Shown here: piece by piece, positions 24,801 to 38,279 of the stretch
Numbering within the stretch: position 1 is the stretch's first letter
How the letters are laid out: each line of letters starts with the position of its first letter
DNA from: Gekko japonicus
Lineage: Eukaryota
Assembly: GCF_001447785.1 (NCBI RefSeq)
Contig: NW_015163102.1
Location: 875,304-939,303 of the forward strand
Reading direction: 5' to 3'
DNA: 64,000 nt
The notes under the pieces: generated by a model
Database searches by the model: none
Seen by the model: the letters and a program-made list of their open reading frames with translations, nothing else
Told to the model about the DNA's origin: nothing
Position numbers and translations under genes: made by a program

Positions 24801-26625
24801 CCCTTTTCTGTGGTGGAAATCTGGCTTGTTTCTTCTATTATGGGGAACACCAAGTGACAACCCCCCTTTGTGGGGGGTTGGCACACCACACACAAACCAT
24901 TCCTTGTCATGGACCTCGGATGGGGACTGTGGGTGGGCTGTTAGATGCCTCAGGCCTGGGCCTCCCTTCATGCTTTGCGGTTGAAGGTGGGCTCAAGGTG
25001 GGGTGCTGACATGTCTGCCACCTGGCAAAGGCCTTGTTATGGTTGGCTTGCACCGGGAGCTATGGTGGTTCACCCTTGTTTATTCTGGAGAGGGATCATG
25101 GGATCTTCTGTTGGTCTATGTTGCAGCCCTTGCCAGATACAGTTCTTTCCAGTTAAAGTTAAATAAAGCTGCCCTTAGTTATACCATATACCTGTGTCAG
25201 TCTCTTTCTTCTGACTAAGTCTGCAAAGCGAAAATTGCAGAAAATTGTACATGCTTTTCTTTTTCTTTTCTCTTTTGTCTGCATTTAAATGCCTCCTTTC
25301 TCCCCAGTGGGAGTCCAAAGTAGATCACATCATTCTTCCCTCCTCCATTTTATCCTCACAACAACCCTTTGAGGTAGATTAGGCTGAGTATATGTCACTG
25401 GTCTGAGATCACTCAGCAACCTTCCATGGAGATTTGAACCTGGGTCTCCAAGGTCCTGTCATGCCTGCCCCTGCTGATGTCATGCCTGCCTTTGCTGATG
25501 CCCCTGAACAGGCTCCTGAGGACCCTGAACAGGCTCCTGAGGACAGTACTGCAGCAGAAAGAATGCCAAAACTCAGAAAATAATTCAGGTGGGAAAATTT
25601 TGCAACCATCCCTAACTTGAATTGTACCAAAGAGAAAAACCAGTCTCTCCAGTTACAACTGAATGTGTTTCTTCAATTCAATGTGGCTTGCCAGAAGAGC
25701 AAAAAAATAAAAATAAAATGTCTGTGATGTTAACTTTGACTAGTACTTGGAACTTTCAAAGGCTGAGGTGAAAGATTGACTTAAATGGCAACCGAAACTT
25801 AAATTCTCTTAAGGCACAAATCATGACATTTTAGAATCTATTAAAGCAGGAAGGTACTTAAACCAAAACTGCAGATTTCCCTGCTGTATATTTCAGAGCT
25901 TCTTTTACCTTGTGCACCGCTGTTTTCATCCATCCCACTTGCATGCAGTGTGTGTTTGCATACTAGCTTTAATTAATAGCATGTGACTTGAAGCCAGCTA
26001 ACAGCGCTTACCGTTCATTGATGGTCAGTCACATTGAGCAATAACTTGCGTATGCGAATGAGCCTGCATGTCACAGATTAATTGACACAGACTGAAATGT
26101 CATATTGCCAGATGGCAACTGAAATATACTACAATTACTTATCTGGCGGGGACTATCAAGGGTCGGGTAATCAAGTGCTAATAATGCTCATCATCATCAT
26201 CATCATGCTTAGCATTTAGATCACATATTATCTAATGTTTGAACTGCTTCACGTGCATCTTTTCAGAAATCCTTATAACAGTCCTATAAGTCACACTAGT
26301 ATAATTGTCTTGATATTGCAGAGGCTGAGAGAGAGTAGACTGAAGCTGAGGGAAGAGGGTCAGTGTGGTGTTGAACCTGGGAAAGCTGGGTTCAAACCCC
26401 TACTTTGCCTGAAACTCATGGGGTAAATTTAGGACTGTGTCTCACAGGGTTGTTGTGAGGACAAAATGTGGGAGGAGAAACTCATGTCACTGCCATGAGC
26501 TGCTTAGATAGATGGGTAGCTAGAAAAGTAGTTTGCTTAGGGACACACAGTGTATTTGCGGCTTAGGTGATTTCCTGGGGTTCCCATCTCTGTAACTACA
26601 GGACTATAACATGACCGATTCATCT

Positions 26626-26775
26626 GTGAACCAACCCTGAGGATATGAAGATACTACTCTGAGGTAATATCTACAAATCTGCAAATGCCTTTGAGGATAT
26701 GTGAACTAACCCTGAGGATATGTAGATACTACTCTGAGGTAATATCTACAGATCTGCAAATGCCTTTGAGGATAT
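26626..26775. repeat. 75-bp tandem duplication
   Basis: gtgaac.aaccctgaggatatg... starts at 26626 and 26701, with few mismatches. Confidence 0.9.
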
Positions 26776-27699
26776 GTAGAAGAGTCAGTGCATTAGTAAG
26801 GCTATTGGGCTACGATTGGGATAATCTGAGTTCAAATTCCCACTCAGCCATTTATCTTGCTGGAGAACTTTTGGTGCTATGCTCCCTCTCAGCCTAAAAT
26901 ACCTGATACAACTGTTGAAATGGTAAAATGGAGGATGTGAAAATCATGTATACCAACGTCAGCTTCTTGTAGGAAGGGGTGCGTGTAAAAATATTGTTAG
27001 ATGTGTGTTTTCTATTGGAGTTCAGAGCTAAATTTCTAAATCAGGAATACAGATAGTGGTGGATATACTGAGAGAGTTGAACAGTCATATGCTTCCCCAA
27101 AGAGGTAAACTGAGGCCTTGATCCCAGGCAGGGTTGCTAGTTTTCACACTATGACGGGAGACCTCACACTCCCCCTGCTGGCCTTTCATGCTGCTGCTCA
27201 GCTGGGTGGTGGGAGGAAAAGTTTGTGAGGGAGGAATGAGACCAATCAATTGTGAATTTGTGTGGTGTCACTGCATTGGTGGCCACGTTCTAGCAGTTGG
27301 TCAGAACTCTATGGTTAAACCAGAGTTTTGTCTGAATGTGAGAGGATCACCGGTGGTGTGGGGACATCACTTCCAGTTGTGCCTGAAATGACATCATTGT
27401 GTTATCAGCAAAACCATTACATAACAAAAGAGGTGCCCCCCACAGATTAGTCTCCCACCAGTTGCCAGTCTTGTGCTTATCTCAGAACCTGTTTGTGAAC
27501 ACCAGATTTAGCTGTGAAAATATGATAAAATTAAGTAACATTTAAGCGGAGAGTGTTACAGACATTATGCAGAGTATTTTCCCCTCTCACCCTATTAAGG
27601 ATAGGGGAGTTGAAAGAAGCCAGATTGAAAGGGTACAATATTTCATTTGGTTTAAAGGATGTTGCAAAACATATATTTTGCAAAAAATATATATATCTT

Positions 27700-27890
27700 T
27701 CAGAGCTGTTCTCTCATGAAAAATTCTCAAGAGAGTTCTCTCAGCCCCACCTGTGTCACAGGGTGTCTGTTGTGGGGAGGGGAAGGGAAAGGAGATTTTA
27801 AGCTGCTCTGAGACTCCTTTGGGTAGTGAAGGGCAGGGTATAAATCCAATCTCCTCCTCCTCCTCCTCCTCCTCCTCCTCCTTCTTCTCT
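27700..27890 (+). mobile_element. 3' half of a Squam3-like SINE with (CCT)n tail
   Basis: ctctcagccccacc...cacagggtgtctgttgtgggg...gggtataaatccaatctcctcc. Confidence 0.8.
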
Positions 27891-28190
27891 TCTATATGTT
27901 TTTAACACCAGTTCTTTTCTCTACTTCCGTGCATGTAAAAGCAGAATAAATGAGTCTTGGATACCATAAAAAAGCTTTTTATTTTCATTTTTTAAAATCT
28001 TGCCTTTGCTGGACCTTCTTTTATGGGAATACAAGCCTGATACCCATGCTTCACTATGGTATTTAAGTTCCGTAAATCCAGTTATAATACTGATGATGTG
28101 AAGTTTGAAATGTAACATTTGTTGTAGGAATTCTAATGGAGAATATTGTAGGTATAGAAAATGAAGTGAGGCATACACACTTTTTTTTCT

Positions 28191-28340
28191 CTACTGAAGG
28201 ACCTCTCTGTAGACCACATTGGTGGTTCTGCCCTCAGGTGGTAGGATCACCAGGCTGCTTGGTGAGCTCACTCTGGAGCAGGCAGCATAGAACTGTCCAT
28301 TTAAGAAGCAGTCGTCTGTTAAGTCAACTCCTGCCACCTT
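28191..28340 (-). pseudogene. Helitron RepHel PIF1-family helicase C-terminal fragment
   Basis: KVAGVDLTDDCFLNGQFYAACSRVSSPSSLVILPPEGRTTNVVYREVLQ* matches the Helitron end pattern (GxDL...FSHGQLYVAxSRV...TxNVVYxEVL*). Confidence 0.85.
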
Positions 28341-29111
28341 CCACAAAAATGATGGCCTCTCTACTTTTGTTCCTGGATTATTTTGCTCATATGGAGACTG
28401 TATTGTTCTGAGCACCTCAAGGTGATCTTGCTGGTACTTGGCCTGCACAGCTCAGTGCACTGCAGAAGTACTATCTTTGCTGCATTCCTAAGTTACCTCC
28501 TTCTTGTAGAGTTGGTGTATCTGGCTCGACATTTGCCAGGAGCTTTCTTGGGGGCAGTAAGAGGTGAGAGGTATGAGGGGGAGTTGGTGTGAGGGAGTGG
28601 TGACATGGTGGACATTTCTTCAGGTTCATGAGGGAGGCACGCATTGAAATGGCTCCTAAAAAGGTCCTTTACTATCTCCCCATGAACATTCATCAACTCA
28701 ATTGCCATGCTGGGTTTTTTGAAAAATGTCTATTCAGGAGTCTTGAATTGCTGATTTCTGTAACTGTCCTCAACTGTCTGAAGTCTCTTTTAACTGTGTT
28801 TTTTACCTCAGAACATTGCGATCCACAGCAGAGGGAGGTGGATGCAAACAGGTAAGTTTTACCTCAGAACTCTGAACTACACAGTTGACCAATCCGGGGG
28901 GGGGGGGGGAACGCCTCAAAAAAAAGCAAGTTCATATGAACCAATTTTCTAGAACCCACATTGTGAGAAGTTAAATAACCTAATAAAGGAAATCACTTTT
29001 CTATAAACTTGCGGTATATTTCCATAGTGGATGGGAGTATGGCTAAAGCCATTGGTAAGGCTGGGCCAGCAGCATCGCTAAGGATTAAAGTACCCTGGCC
29101 CTGCTCCTACA

Positions 29112-29531
29112 CCTGACGGAAACCTGCCTGTCTGATGTTGGGGGGGAGTATATTTAAAGGCATCGGCTAAGGCAATCCTGCTGAGCAAGGCTCCCTGTTG
29201 GCTGTAAATATCCAACCCCCTCTCCTACGCCTGACAGGCAGCTGCCTGTCCAGTGTAGAAGGGGGAGGGAGAGGAGTATTGCAAGCCATTGTGGAGGCTG
29301 GGTTGGCAGGATTTCTAAGGCTGACAGACACCTGCCTGTCTGGTGTTGGGGGGGGGAGTATATTTAAAGGCATTGGCTAAGGCAATCCTGCTGAGCAAGC
29401 CTCCCTGTTGGCTGTAAATATCCAACCCCCTCTCCTATGCCTGACAGGCAGCTGCCTGTCCAGTGTAGAAGGGGGAGGGAGAGGGGTATTGCAAGCCATT
29501 GTGGAGGCTGGGTTGGCAGGATTGCTAAGAT
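29112..29531. repeat. 210-bp tandem duplication inside the Helitron
   Basis: Two near-identical units; the ORF track also shows twin ORFs at 29198 and 29408. Confidence 0.9.
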
Positions 29532-30926
29532 GTTACTGCTGGGGGGGCTCCCAGATGGCTTTAAGCACCCTGCACCTGCTGCTGCGCTTGATGGACAGTT
29601 GCCTGTTTGGTGTAGGAGATGCATGGGGAGCAAGTCTGGGCCAGCAGCGTTTCTGCACCTCACAGGCGGTTGGCCATTTCTGGTTTCCTTAACTGTCATT
29701 AGCTCTCTGCAGTCTCCTGTAACAGGGGGGGGGGGTTTACCTCAGAACACTGAGCTCTGCAGCCAACCAATCAGAGAGTGGGGGGGGTGCAAGGAGGCAG
29801 CAGCCTAGCAGCCACATAGGAAGCAATGGGAGGAGCTCATTTTTACCCCTTTCAACAGGGGTTAAATGTCCAAAAAAATCCCTTCTTAGTGAGCATCTAT
29901 GTCATGGTAGGAGCACTCTCCCCAAATTTTGTTTTTCTAGGTCCAGGGGGTTGGCCTGGGTGTTGATTTTATGGTGAGGGGACTTTCTTTTATATATATA
30001 TAGATAGATGGAAGTGACAGCCCATTGAATCCAAACCACTATTCTCATTAGCTCCCCTTATTAGCAAAATACCTGTGTACATAGGAAAGCCCACTAATCA
30101 GATTAAATAATTAATTCAGCAATCACAAAATAATTAACGAATTACTGAACTCATGAATCATTTTGGCAGATTTTTTCCAAATAATCAGTCTCTCAGTATT
30201 ATTATCAGTCGGTCAAAGTTTATTGTTCTAACTCTCTTTTCCATTCTGAGTGCCTGTTAGGTGTTCTTTCTAAATCAATTCAAGTGCTCTTAGTGGTGTG
30301 GCTGCCAAACATGTCTGTGATAGTGCAAAGTGAAATTTTGCTAATCTCATTTAACTTCCTTCAAAATTCCTTGGATGTTTTGTGTGAGTGGGAACCACAA
30401 ACAATACTTTGGTTGCATGCTACAAATATATGGAAACCCTAACCCCCATGACAATTTGACATATTTCCTGGTTATAAGACAACTCTATATGGGGGGGGGG
30501 ACAACACTACGTCAAGAATTTTAAAAACGCCTTCCAATGGAAGCACATATGATGATGTTTGCGTTGTGCAGAAAGGGCACTTTTCATGCATTCTGGCAGA
30601 TCCATGCAAAAAGAGAATTTATATGTATTTATCGGGGCACAGATCCTCATGGTCATGCACTAGCAGTGGTCTCATGTCCTAGAACAAGGCCAGTGGCTGT
30701 CGAGAGAGATCGGGATTTTTGAATGGTGGGTCTTTTTAGGAAGTTGAGACATCAGACCAAGAAATAAAGCAATTGACTTATGGAACTCATTGCGATAAGT
30801 TGAAGAGGGAGCTGGACAGAGAATCCAGAAAGTTGAATAGCTTTCTCTCTTCCAAGTGGCAAGAATGGAGCTATTATGCCACACACCCATAATCACATCT
30901 TACTATCAGTCCAGAACAGTCACTAC

Positions 30927-31137
30927 CAATGTTCCCTCTAAGCTATGCAGTCTTGTGAGCAAAAATTCTACTATGTGAGCTACTGGCATTAAAGTTGTGA
31001 GTGAGTGATGTGGCTACTGCATAAATTAGTTTGCTCTGGAGCTGTCCTTAGGGAGCTGGACTAAGACAAAAAACTATGAGCCGGAGGCTAAAAAACTGTG
31101 AGCTAGCTCACACTAACTCAGCTTAGAGGGAACAATG
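30927..31137. mobile_element. hAT MITE
   Basis: TIRs caatgttccctctaagct...agcttagagggaacaatg; 8-bp TSD gtcactac at 30919-30926 and 31138-31145. Confidence 0.92.
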
Positions 31138-33282
31138 GTCACTACCTCACTTGAACTGACTGGAAAATAGAGAGTTGTGTGTCAGTCACATGCTGCTGAC
31201 ACCTAACTTCATAACTCAATTAGCTATAACAGCGGGATGGGACTATCAGTTTCAAAGGCAGAATATCTGATAATCTGATGCTGAACAGACAGCATGGAAG
31301 GGCTGGTGTCTGTGGTTCTCACATGTGGGGGCCCTGGTGGCATATGATCTGCCACTGATGGAAACAGGATGTAGGATTGGATGGACCACTGTTCTGAACA
31401 GGCTTGGCTACTCTTATGTTCTTACATCATATAGGCAAGCTGGTTCCAGTTTCTCAAAGGTAATGTGGGCAGGTAAGACAAGTGTGGAAAGAGAAGCAGA
31501 GAAAGACTGGGAGTGTCAGGAACAGCAGTTCAAGGAATAACACATGTGAATGTCATGCATTTACTTGCTGTGCTTCATGCAGTCTGCTAACAGTAAATAA
31601 CAGCTTATATAGACAGGGAAGATCACTGACCAACCACAACAGGAAGAAGTAGAGAAAGGCAAAGAGGCTGAGACAGCAACTTGAGGCTAATGGAGTGTTA
31701 TTGGTTTCCAAAAGAGATGCAGTGCTTTTCATCTTTGCAGTAATTCAACACAAATACAGCTTCGGAACTTAGCAAGGATATTTGAATGCTCATCCTCACT
31801 GATAGATCTCCCCCACTAATTAAAATGGTATTGTTGGTTTACTAAATAAAACTTCAGTTGATCAATATACCAGTTACATCCATTTAAACATGCAGCCCTG
31901 CAAGATGCCCATCAGGCTAAAATAAAGTGTGATGGACAGCCCAAGTAAATCATCCATAAAGCATACTTTAAGATTAGTATGCACAGGACTACTGCTTAAG
32001 TGCACTGAAATCAATGGAACAAGCTTCTTGTGGCTAACTGATGGTGAATCAGGACCCTAGATTTAGTTGATCAAAGGCTTTAATCTGAGTGTGTTTAAAC
32101 TGTTAAATCATTTAATCTACATTCTTGATGTCAATTTGTAACATTAGGTGTTTTAAAATCTTACCAGGAGAACAATGTGTTTAAACGACAGCAACGAAAC
32201 CCCTAATACTGATCATTTTCAAAACCGAGTGGAGAACATAAGTAGGAACAGATGGTAAATTATATTACAAAGACAGAGTGTATGAAGTGACAGCTTTAAA
32301 AGTAGCTAGTATTAAAAATACATGCCAAAACATCTCATTTAAAGCACCCATGAGTTAATTTTGTTGGCTGATAAAAGCAATGCCGCTGCACATTTGTCTT
32401 GCCTTGTCTGGTTGGTGCAGCCGTGAATGCTGGCCACAAGCAGAATGTGTGGGAACCTGTATGAAAGGGTAACCCTCCAAATTACAGCCACCCTGCAATG
32501 GGAAGCAGACGCTGTCTGCAGGGTGAACTGTGTGGATGCTGAATTGTCACCATTGAGATTCATTTATTTTCATGTTTCTTTGCAGGGATTTTTTAAACAT
32601 AGAGTAAGGCCAGGATTATGCTATAGCATTTGTAGTTATGCCTCTGCCACCCAAGGAAGAAATTGCATACCGGCTCAACTTGAACTGAAATGATACTGGA
32701 GAAATTGTACCACAAAGTTCTGAATGGGACAGGTTTTGTTATTGGGTTATAGCTGAATGATGTTTCGAGACAGGGTTCTGCTATAAGGCCCAGAGTGCAA
32801 GTGATACCAAAGAGTGTTGGCTGCCCTTTGTGCTGAGGAAACTATTGATGTAGTCATGTATAGCAATACAGCCTTTCAAATGTTCCAGCCCCGGAACTCA
32901 CCTTTGCCCCCAAGGCATCAGCATGGGACCAACCAAGTTGCAAACTTGTGGCAGGAAGTCATGTGACTTCATTGCTGTATGAGAGGAAGTGCAGCAGCAA
33001 ACATTTATGAATCTGTCAGCAAGCATTCATGAACCTGTCAGTGCTAAAAAAATAATAATAATCCTCTCTACTCCTAAGTGAGGGCATTGCATGTCTCAGC
33101 ATATGTGAGGTACTGTATTGTTCCAAACAGCAGCAAAAATGGCAGTATGTTGTGCTAGAATTGCCAAGTCCCTCAATATTGTGGGAGACTTACTATCAGG
33201 AACCTTTCTTCCTGCTATTTCTCAGTAGTGGAAGAAATCACCAGTATCACCCAGAAGTGACATCATGTTGCTCTAGAGCCAA

Positions 33283-33512
33283 GTAAAGGTAAAGGTTTCC
33301 CTTGCTCGAATGCTACTTGAATCCGACCCTAGGGGGCGGTGTTCATCTCCATTTCCAAGCTGAAGAGACAGCACTGTCTGAACTTTGTCCATGGTCATGT
33401 GGCTGGCATGACTAAATGCCAAGGCACATGGAACGCTGTTACCTTCTCACTGAAGCAGTACCTATTTATCTACTTGCAATTTCTTGCTTTTGAATGGCTA
33501 AGGTGGCAGGAA
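33283..33512 (-). mobile_element. Sauria SINE (3' portion), inserted in a palindromic MITE
   Basis: gtaaaggtaaagg is the reverse complement of the (ACCTTT)n tail; ggtcatgtggctggcatgact and gtacctatttatctact are typical body motifs. Confidence 0.8.
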
Positions 33513-33822
33513 GAATATGCCAAACTCTATGGTAAAACCATAGACTTTCCAGTGATTCCTAGGGCAACATGATGTCATGTCCAGTTTCCCCCAGAAGTGA
33601 TATCATACCACATCCAATGCTAGTGTCCCTTGTTCCTACCCATCCCACTCCCATCTGTTGCCATCTGTTATACTGAAAGGTGGGAGATAAGTGTTCAGAA
33701 GAAGAGGAGGAGGAGGACATTGGATTTCTACCCCTCCCTTCACTACCTGAAGGAGTCTCAGAGCAGCTTACAATCTCCTTTCCCTCCCCCTCCCCACAAC
33801 AGACACCCTGTAATTCTTGCCA

Positions 33823-35085
33823 TTACGTACATATTCCATAGCTAGCATGCCAGTTCTGTTTATTTGGTCTCTGTTTACTTTTCCACTGTAGAGCAACAGC
33901 ATTTTTAGCCTCTGCTAAAAGAATGGCAATTTGCTGTTCCATACTCTCTACTGGTATATCTATACTCCATTGATGTAAAAGAAGATGTTCTACAGTATTT
34001 TGCAATTTTATACCAGATACTTGCTCTATGGTTAAGATTATCTCATCCCAAAAGGGTATCAAAATAGGACATTCCAGCCAGCAATGCGTATATGTTCCCA
34101 GGCTACCACACTGTTTCCAACACAATGATCTTGCTGTTGGCACCATATGGGCCAGCTTCTGTGGAGTCAAATACCAAAAAGTAAGTATTTTAAACATCTG
34201 AAGTTTTATGTCAACAATATTGGTACTAAATGGAAAGTTCAAGCATAACTTTTTCCATAGATCATCATCCAAAGTTTGTGTGCATAAAGTTTGCCATTTA
34301 AGTTGATATGATAATGGTTTATCAGCATCCATTGACAATAAGATAATATATAGCTTAGAAATTAAATGTTTCTTTGAGCTCCAAGCATATTTATAAACTT
34401 GTTCGAATTCAGATAGCAGTTGTGACATGATTGTAGTTATTTTTATTTGAGAACAAACATGTTGTATTTGTAAATATTGGTACCATGGGATAGTCATCCC
34501 CAATTTTCCTTCCATTGTTGTTTTCTCTATTAATATCTTATTGGATGTTATATCTTCCAGAGTATTGAGTCCAGCTTTTCTCCAAGCTTCTTGAGGTATC
34601 ATAAGTTGGCCGACATAAAGTTTGCATATTAATTCTGTGCCATTTATAGGCCCCCAAAAAGTTTAATAAGGCCTTCTGCCATTTATTTATTTGGGCAATT
34701 TCTATTTTAATTGGTAAAGCTCGAAATAAAAATAATATTTTAAGTAATATATATGTTTTAATAATAAGTAATCAATCATGCCATGAGATTTTTAATCTAT
34801 GCCATCTTTCCAGCTGTTTTTGTATTGTTGCTAAAAGAGTGTCATAATTATATTTTTGATAGTTTTTTAAATCTAATGGTATTTTAATTCCTAAGTATGT
34901 CATTGAGGATGCAACCCATTTATATGAAGTTGTAAGCTTAAGATGTTCTATTTGTGATGTATCTAGGTTTATAGAAAAGATGTAGGACTTTGTTACATTA
35001 ATTTTCAATCCTGAGACTAAACTAAACTCATTTAATATCTGTTGAACCTTGCCTACAGATGTTGCTGGTTGTGAGAGAAATATTT
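33823..35085 (-). mobile_element. L1-clade LINE ORF2 fragment, deleted and degraded
   Basis: KINVTKS...YLGIKIP (RT C-terminal region) and WYLTPQKL...CWKQCG...HCWLECP...FW (CCHC region). Confidence 0.85.
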
Positions 35086-35097
35086 CTCTCGACTTGT

Positions 35098-35670
35098 CAT
35101 TTTTTATTTTAAAAGTTCATTAAAACCATTTCAAACATATATATAAACCAATTCATTCAAACATATTAGCGAGGTAAACAGTAATATTCGAAAAGCTCAT
35201 ACTCACTTTCAGCACTGCATACAACTAAAACATTTAGAATATATATCTAACATTGACTTCTCTTAAAGCTGTTTTATGGCTCTAAAAGTATGAAAAGAGT
35301 GCTCAGACTAAAGACAATGACCCTAAAAATGTAACCATTCTTCATAGCTAGGGTTTGAAGGTAGTATTTCATTTTCCATGAAATAGGTCAGTAGTGAGCC
35401 CCATTTGCGTTCAACCCTGGAGCAGGAATCCTTGGGGCCAAACGTATGGCTGTCGTAGGTGTCCACAATCCTGTCCATCACATAGTGTTCCCAACATTTG
35501 TTCCTCCAGTGTTGAACGGATGGAGGGCCGGGAGTCTTCCAAGAAGCCGCAATACAGAGCCTGGCCATAGCTATCAGCGTGGCTGCCAGTTCTGAAATCT
35601 TAACTTCCTGACCATCAATCGTGGACTTGCCGTTAAAGTCTGAAAGGGAAGTAGAAAGAGTCAGCATTTG
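35098..35670 (-). mobile_element. 5'-truncated L1-clade LINE 3' end (different family)
   Basis: LIAMARLCIAASWKTPGPPSVQHW...KWGSLLTY is an ORF2 C-terminal pattern, followed by a 3' UTR and a T-run at about 35100 (poly-A on minus). Confidence 0.75.
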
Positions 35671-38279
35671 GAAAAGATATTTTCTTTTTCCTTTTTTGTG
35701 GAGGAGGTGATGCTCATAAGTATTTATCAGACTAAACCTCAACTGCAGATCTCCAGTACTGAATATAAAATATGTTTCTTTTCTTTTTTTAAAAAAAAAA
35801 CCTTTTGCATTTGAAATGAATGCTGATGCAATGTTTTTTCTTCTTCTTCTCATTTATGGAACACCGAAAATATAATTTTTAAACCTCATTAACCTGTAAT
35901 GTAAGGTTTGGATATTAGAACAGACATAGACAAATATATTCAATCAAGATAATGGAACTTATGGACCAACGCAAGCATTTTCTGTTGTTTATGAATGCCT
36001 TCTAATGCACATTGTGAAACAGCAAATAAGTAAATAAATCCCAAAGATTCATGAAAAACCTCAGCTGTCAAAACCAATTTTAAATAAAAATCACCTGTTT
36101 TTTAAGAAAATTGATATACAGAACATTGAATGGAAGGCTAGGCAATCATTGTATGAACAACATTTGGTGCTCTGTATTTGTTTCTCCTTGTGCAAATTCT
36201 AGAGTACCAGTTGCCCTTCCCTCTCGCGTTCCCCTAGTAATAACTGCCCGCATATATATAAATGTGTATGAAAGCGACATCTGGGGGGAAACCCCATAGG
36301 ATCACCCCTGTTTAATAAACATCTGTTTGAATAAATGATGTTGGCTGGATTCTAGATAAGTAGCGATGAAGCAGAAAGTTACCATGTAAGCACTTAGTAA
36401 GACTTTTGCCTAAAATGCTTGCAAAATGATGAAGCAATCACTGTGTATCCCCACTCTGTACAAAATCTGCGAAAGCAAGGGGTAAGATAAAACTTTCCTG
36501 GTTATTTGGCAGGATAACTGATAAGGTGTCACTGGATGAAGTGTCGCATGTGTTGTTGTACTCATGACTTATTACTGATGAAAAAGCACCCTAGTTTTAC
36601 CTTTCTCAGACCTTCCAAAAAAAGGTTGCTCTAAACTTGGGGTGCAACCCCTGAAGCCATCTCATTAGGATAACTCATTAGGAGGCTCATTGGGTACAAG
36701 CTGTTGTGACAGGGAGTGCAAGAAGGCCCCAGACTCAGGGAAGGAAGTGCTAAACACCATAAATTGCCAGCTCAGCAGAGATGAGTTTCCTACAAGGAGG
36801 TACCCATTTCCCCAGCTGCCAGAAAGGGGTAAGATGGGTTGCTATTTGGATTACCTGAGTGGGGCAATAAAGGATGAAAACATGTGCCCCAAGTTTATTG
36901 GAGAAAAGAGTGGGTGGCCCATGTAGGCCATCACTCCCCAAACTCAGGATTGAGTGAAAGGAAACTCACCCAGCTTGGGGCAAGAAGGGTTACATGATCT
37001 GGACACCCTGCCAGAGAGTCAGTGTGGTGTAGTGGTTAGGTGGTATAAAGACCAACTTTTCTTTAAAGGCACTCAAGCTGGGATCAGAACACAGGAGGGA
37101 AATGGAGTGGCATCACTTCCAACCAGTCTCTATTTCCTAGGTTCCAACAGGTTTCTGTTCATTTCAGGGAGGGGATGCTATGATCACATCTGTGTCTCTA
37201 AAGCTTAGATTAGCCTCATGTGTTTTGTTTCCTTCCTTAGTTCTATGATAGCCCTTTAGTGTTGCCATGTACTTCTCCTACGTCCTTGTGCTGTAGAGTG
37301 TAAAGCTGTGTTACAGCAAGGGAAGAACTTTCTCTTTTAAGGACTCATAATGTGTTCAAAGAGCCTCACCTTTGTATCCAGCTGCTTCATCCATGCATAG
37401 GTGACAACCTCCTGGCTAGGGTGGTTTTGACAGCAAACAGGAGAAGGTGAGGTGGGAGCTAGGAGTGCACAAACGCACAGAGCCTAGGTGATGTCCCAAG
37501 CTGCCAATACTCAAAGAAAAAGGGAACAACTTTGGTGGTGGCATGTACCCCATATACCTGGTGGGGGGGGGGAGAAGTGGGGCAAGTCTCCTTACATGCT
37601 CATGCACCCCCCACACACTGTGACACAAATTAGTAGCTCAGATGGTCTGCTGTTTGCCTTATATCTCCTCTTCAGAGGTATGACTTCAATGAAGCCTTTA
37701 CATGTCTCACACATAGATGTAGACTTTAAGAACCCTTCTGATCTCCAACTAAGTTGTAAGTTTCTACTATTTACTGATCATGAGGACATGTTTATGACAT
37801 AGGAGTACTTTTTCCATATGTGTATGCATTTTTTTTAAAAAAAATTTTTGAATGATTATTTGACTTTCATAATGGAATTTCCCCCCTTCCCTCTTTTCTT
37901 TTTATTTGTTGTTTTATGGGATATTTGTGGGCATATTCATTTCTAATACATGCCTGATGTATATGATACTAATCAGAATCTATAGCCTGAAATTTCCCAC
38001 CACTGAAAAAGGTGAAAGCTGAAACAGAGTTGGTGTTTTGTTGATGATTTACGACCTACGGATGTTTTTTTTTTTTGACCAACTGAGTATGTGGCAGGTT
38101 TGTTGATTGTTCTGTAGGAACTGGCTAAAGGATTTTTCTGCCATACTGTCAAAATCACATATTTACAGTATATATTTGGATTATTGGCTATTTAATATCA
38201 GAGCAATTATTTTTAGTGTCTTGTACTGTCTATCAGCAAACATATGCTATTGTCATTATTGTTATGATTAAATTTTATT

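Larger units (their letters stand above)
22390..25225 (+). mobile_element. Internally deleted tyrosine-recombinase retrotransposon (DIRS/Ngaro-like) with SGNH hydrolase ORF
   Basis: Ordered remnants of ORF1, RT C-terminal region/RNase H, YR C-terminus and SGNH ORF, then aataaa near 25162. Boundaries estimated from the GC shift; terminal repeats not seen. Confidence 0.85.
27908..30004 (-). mobile_element. Non-autonomous, internally deleted Helitron
   Basis: Minus-strand 5' end A|TCTATATATATATAAAAG at 30004; PIF1-helicase C-terminus at 28191-28340; candidate 3' CTGG|T at 27908 (hairpin degenerate); internal tandem repeats; no TSD. Confidence 0.75.

Noticed and set aside
22390-25225. Split direct repeats or inverted terminal repeats of the YR element
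   Set aside because: I could not find them by eye, so the Ngaro versus DIRS assignment rests on protein content only.
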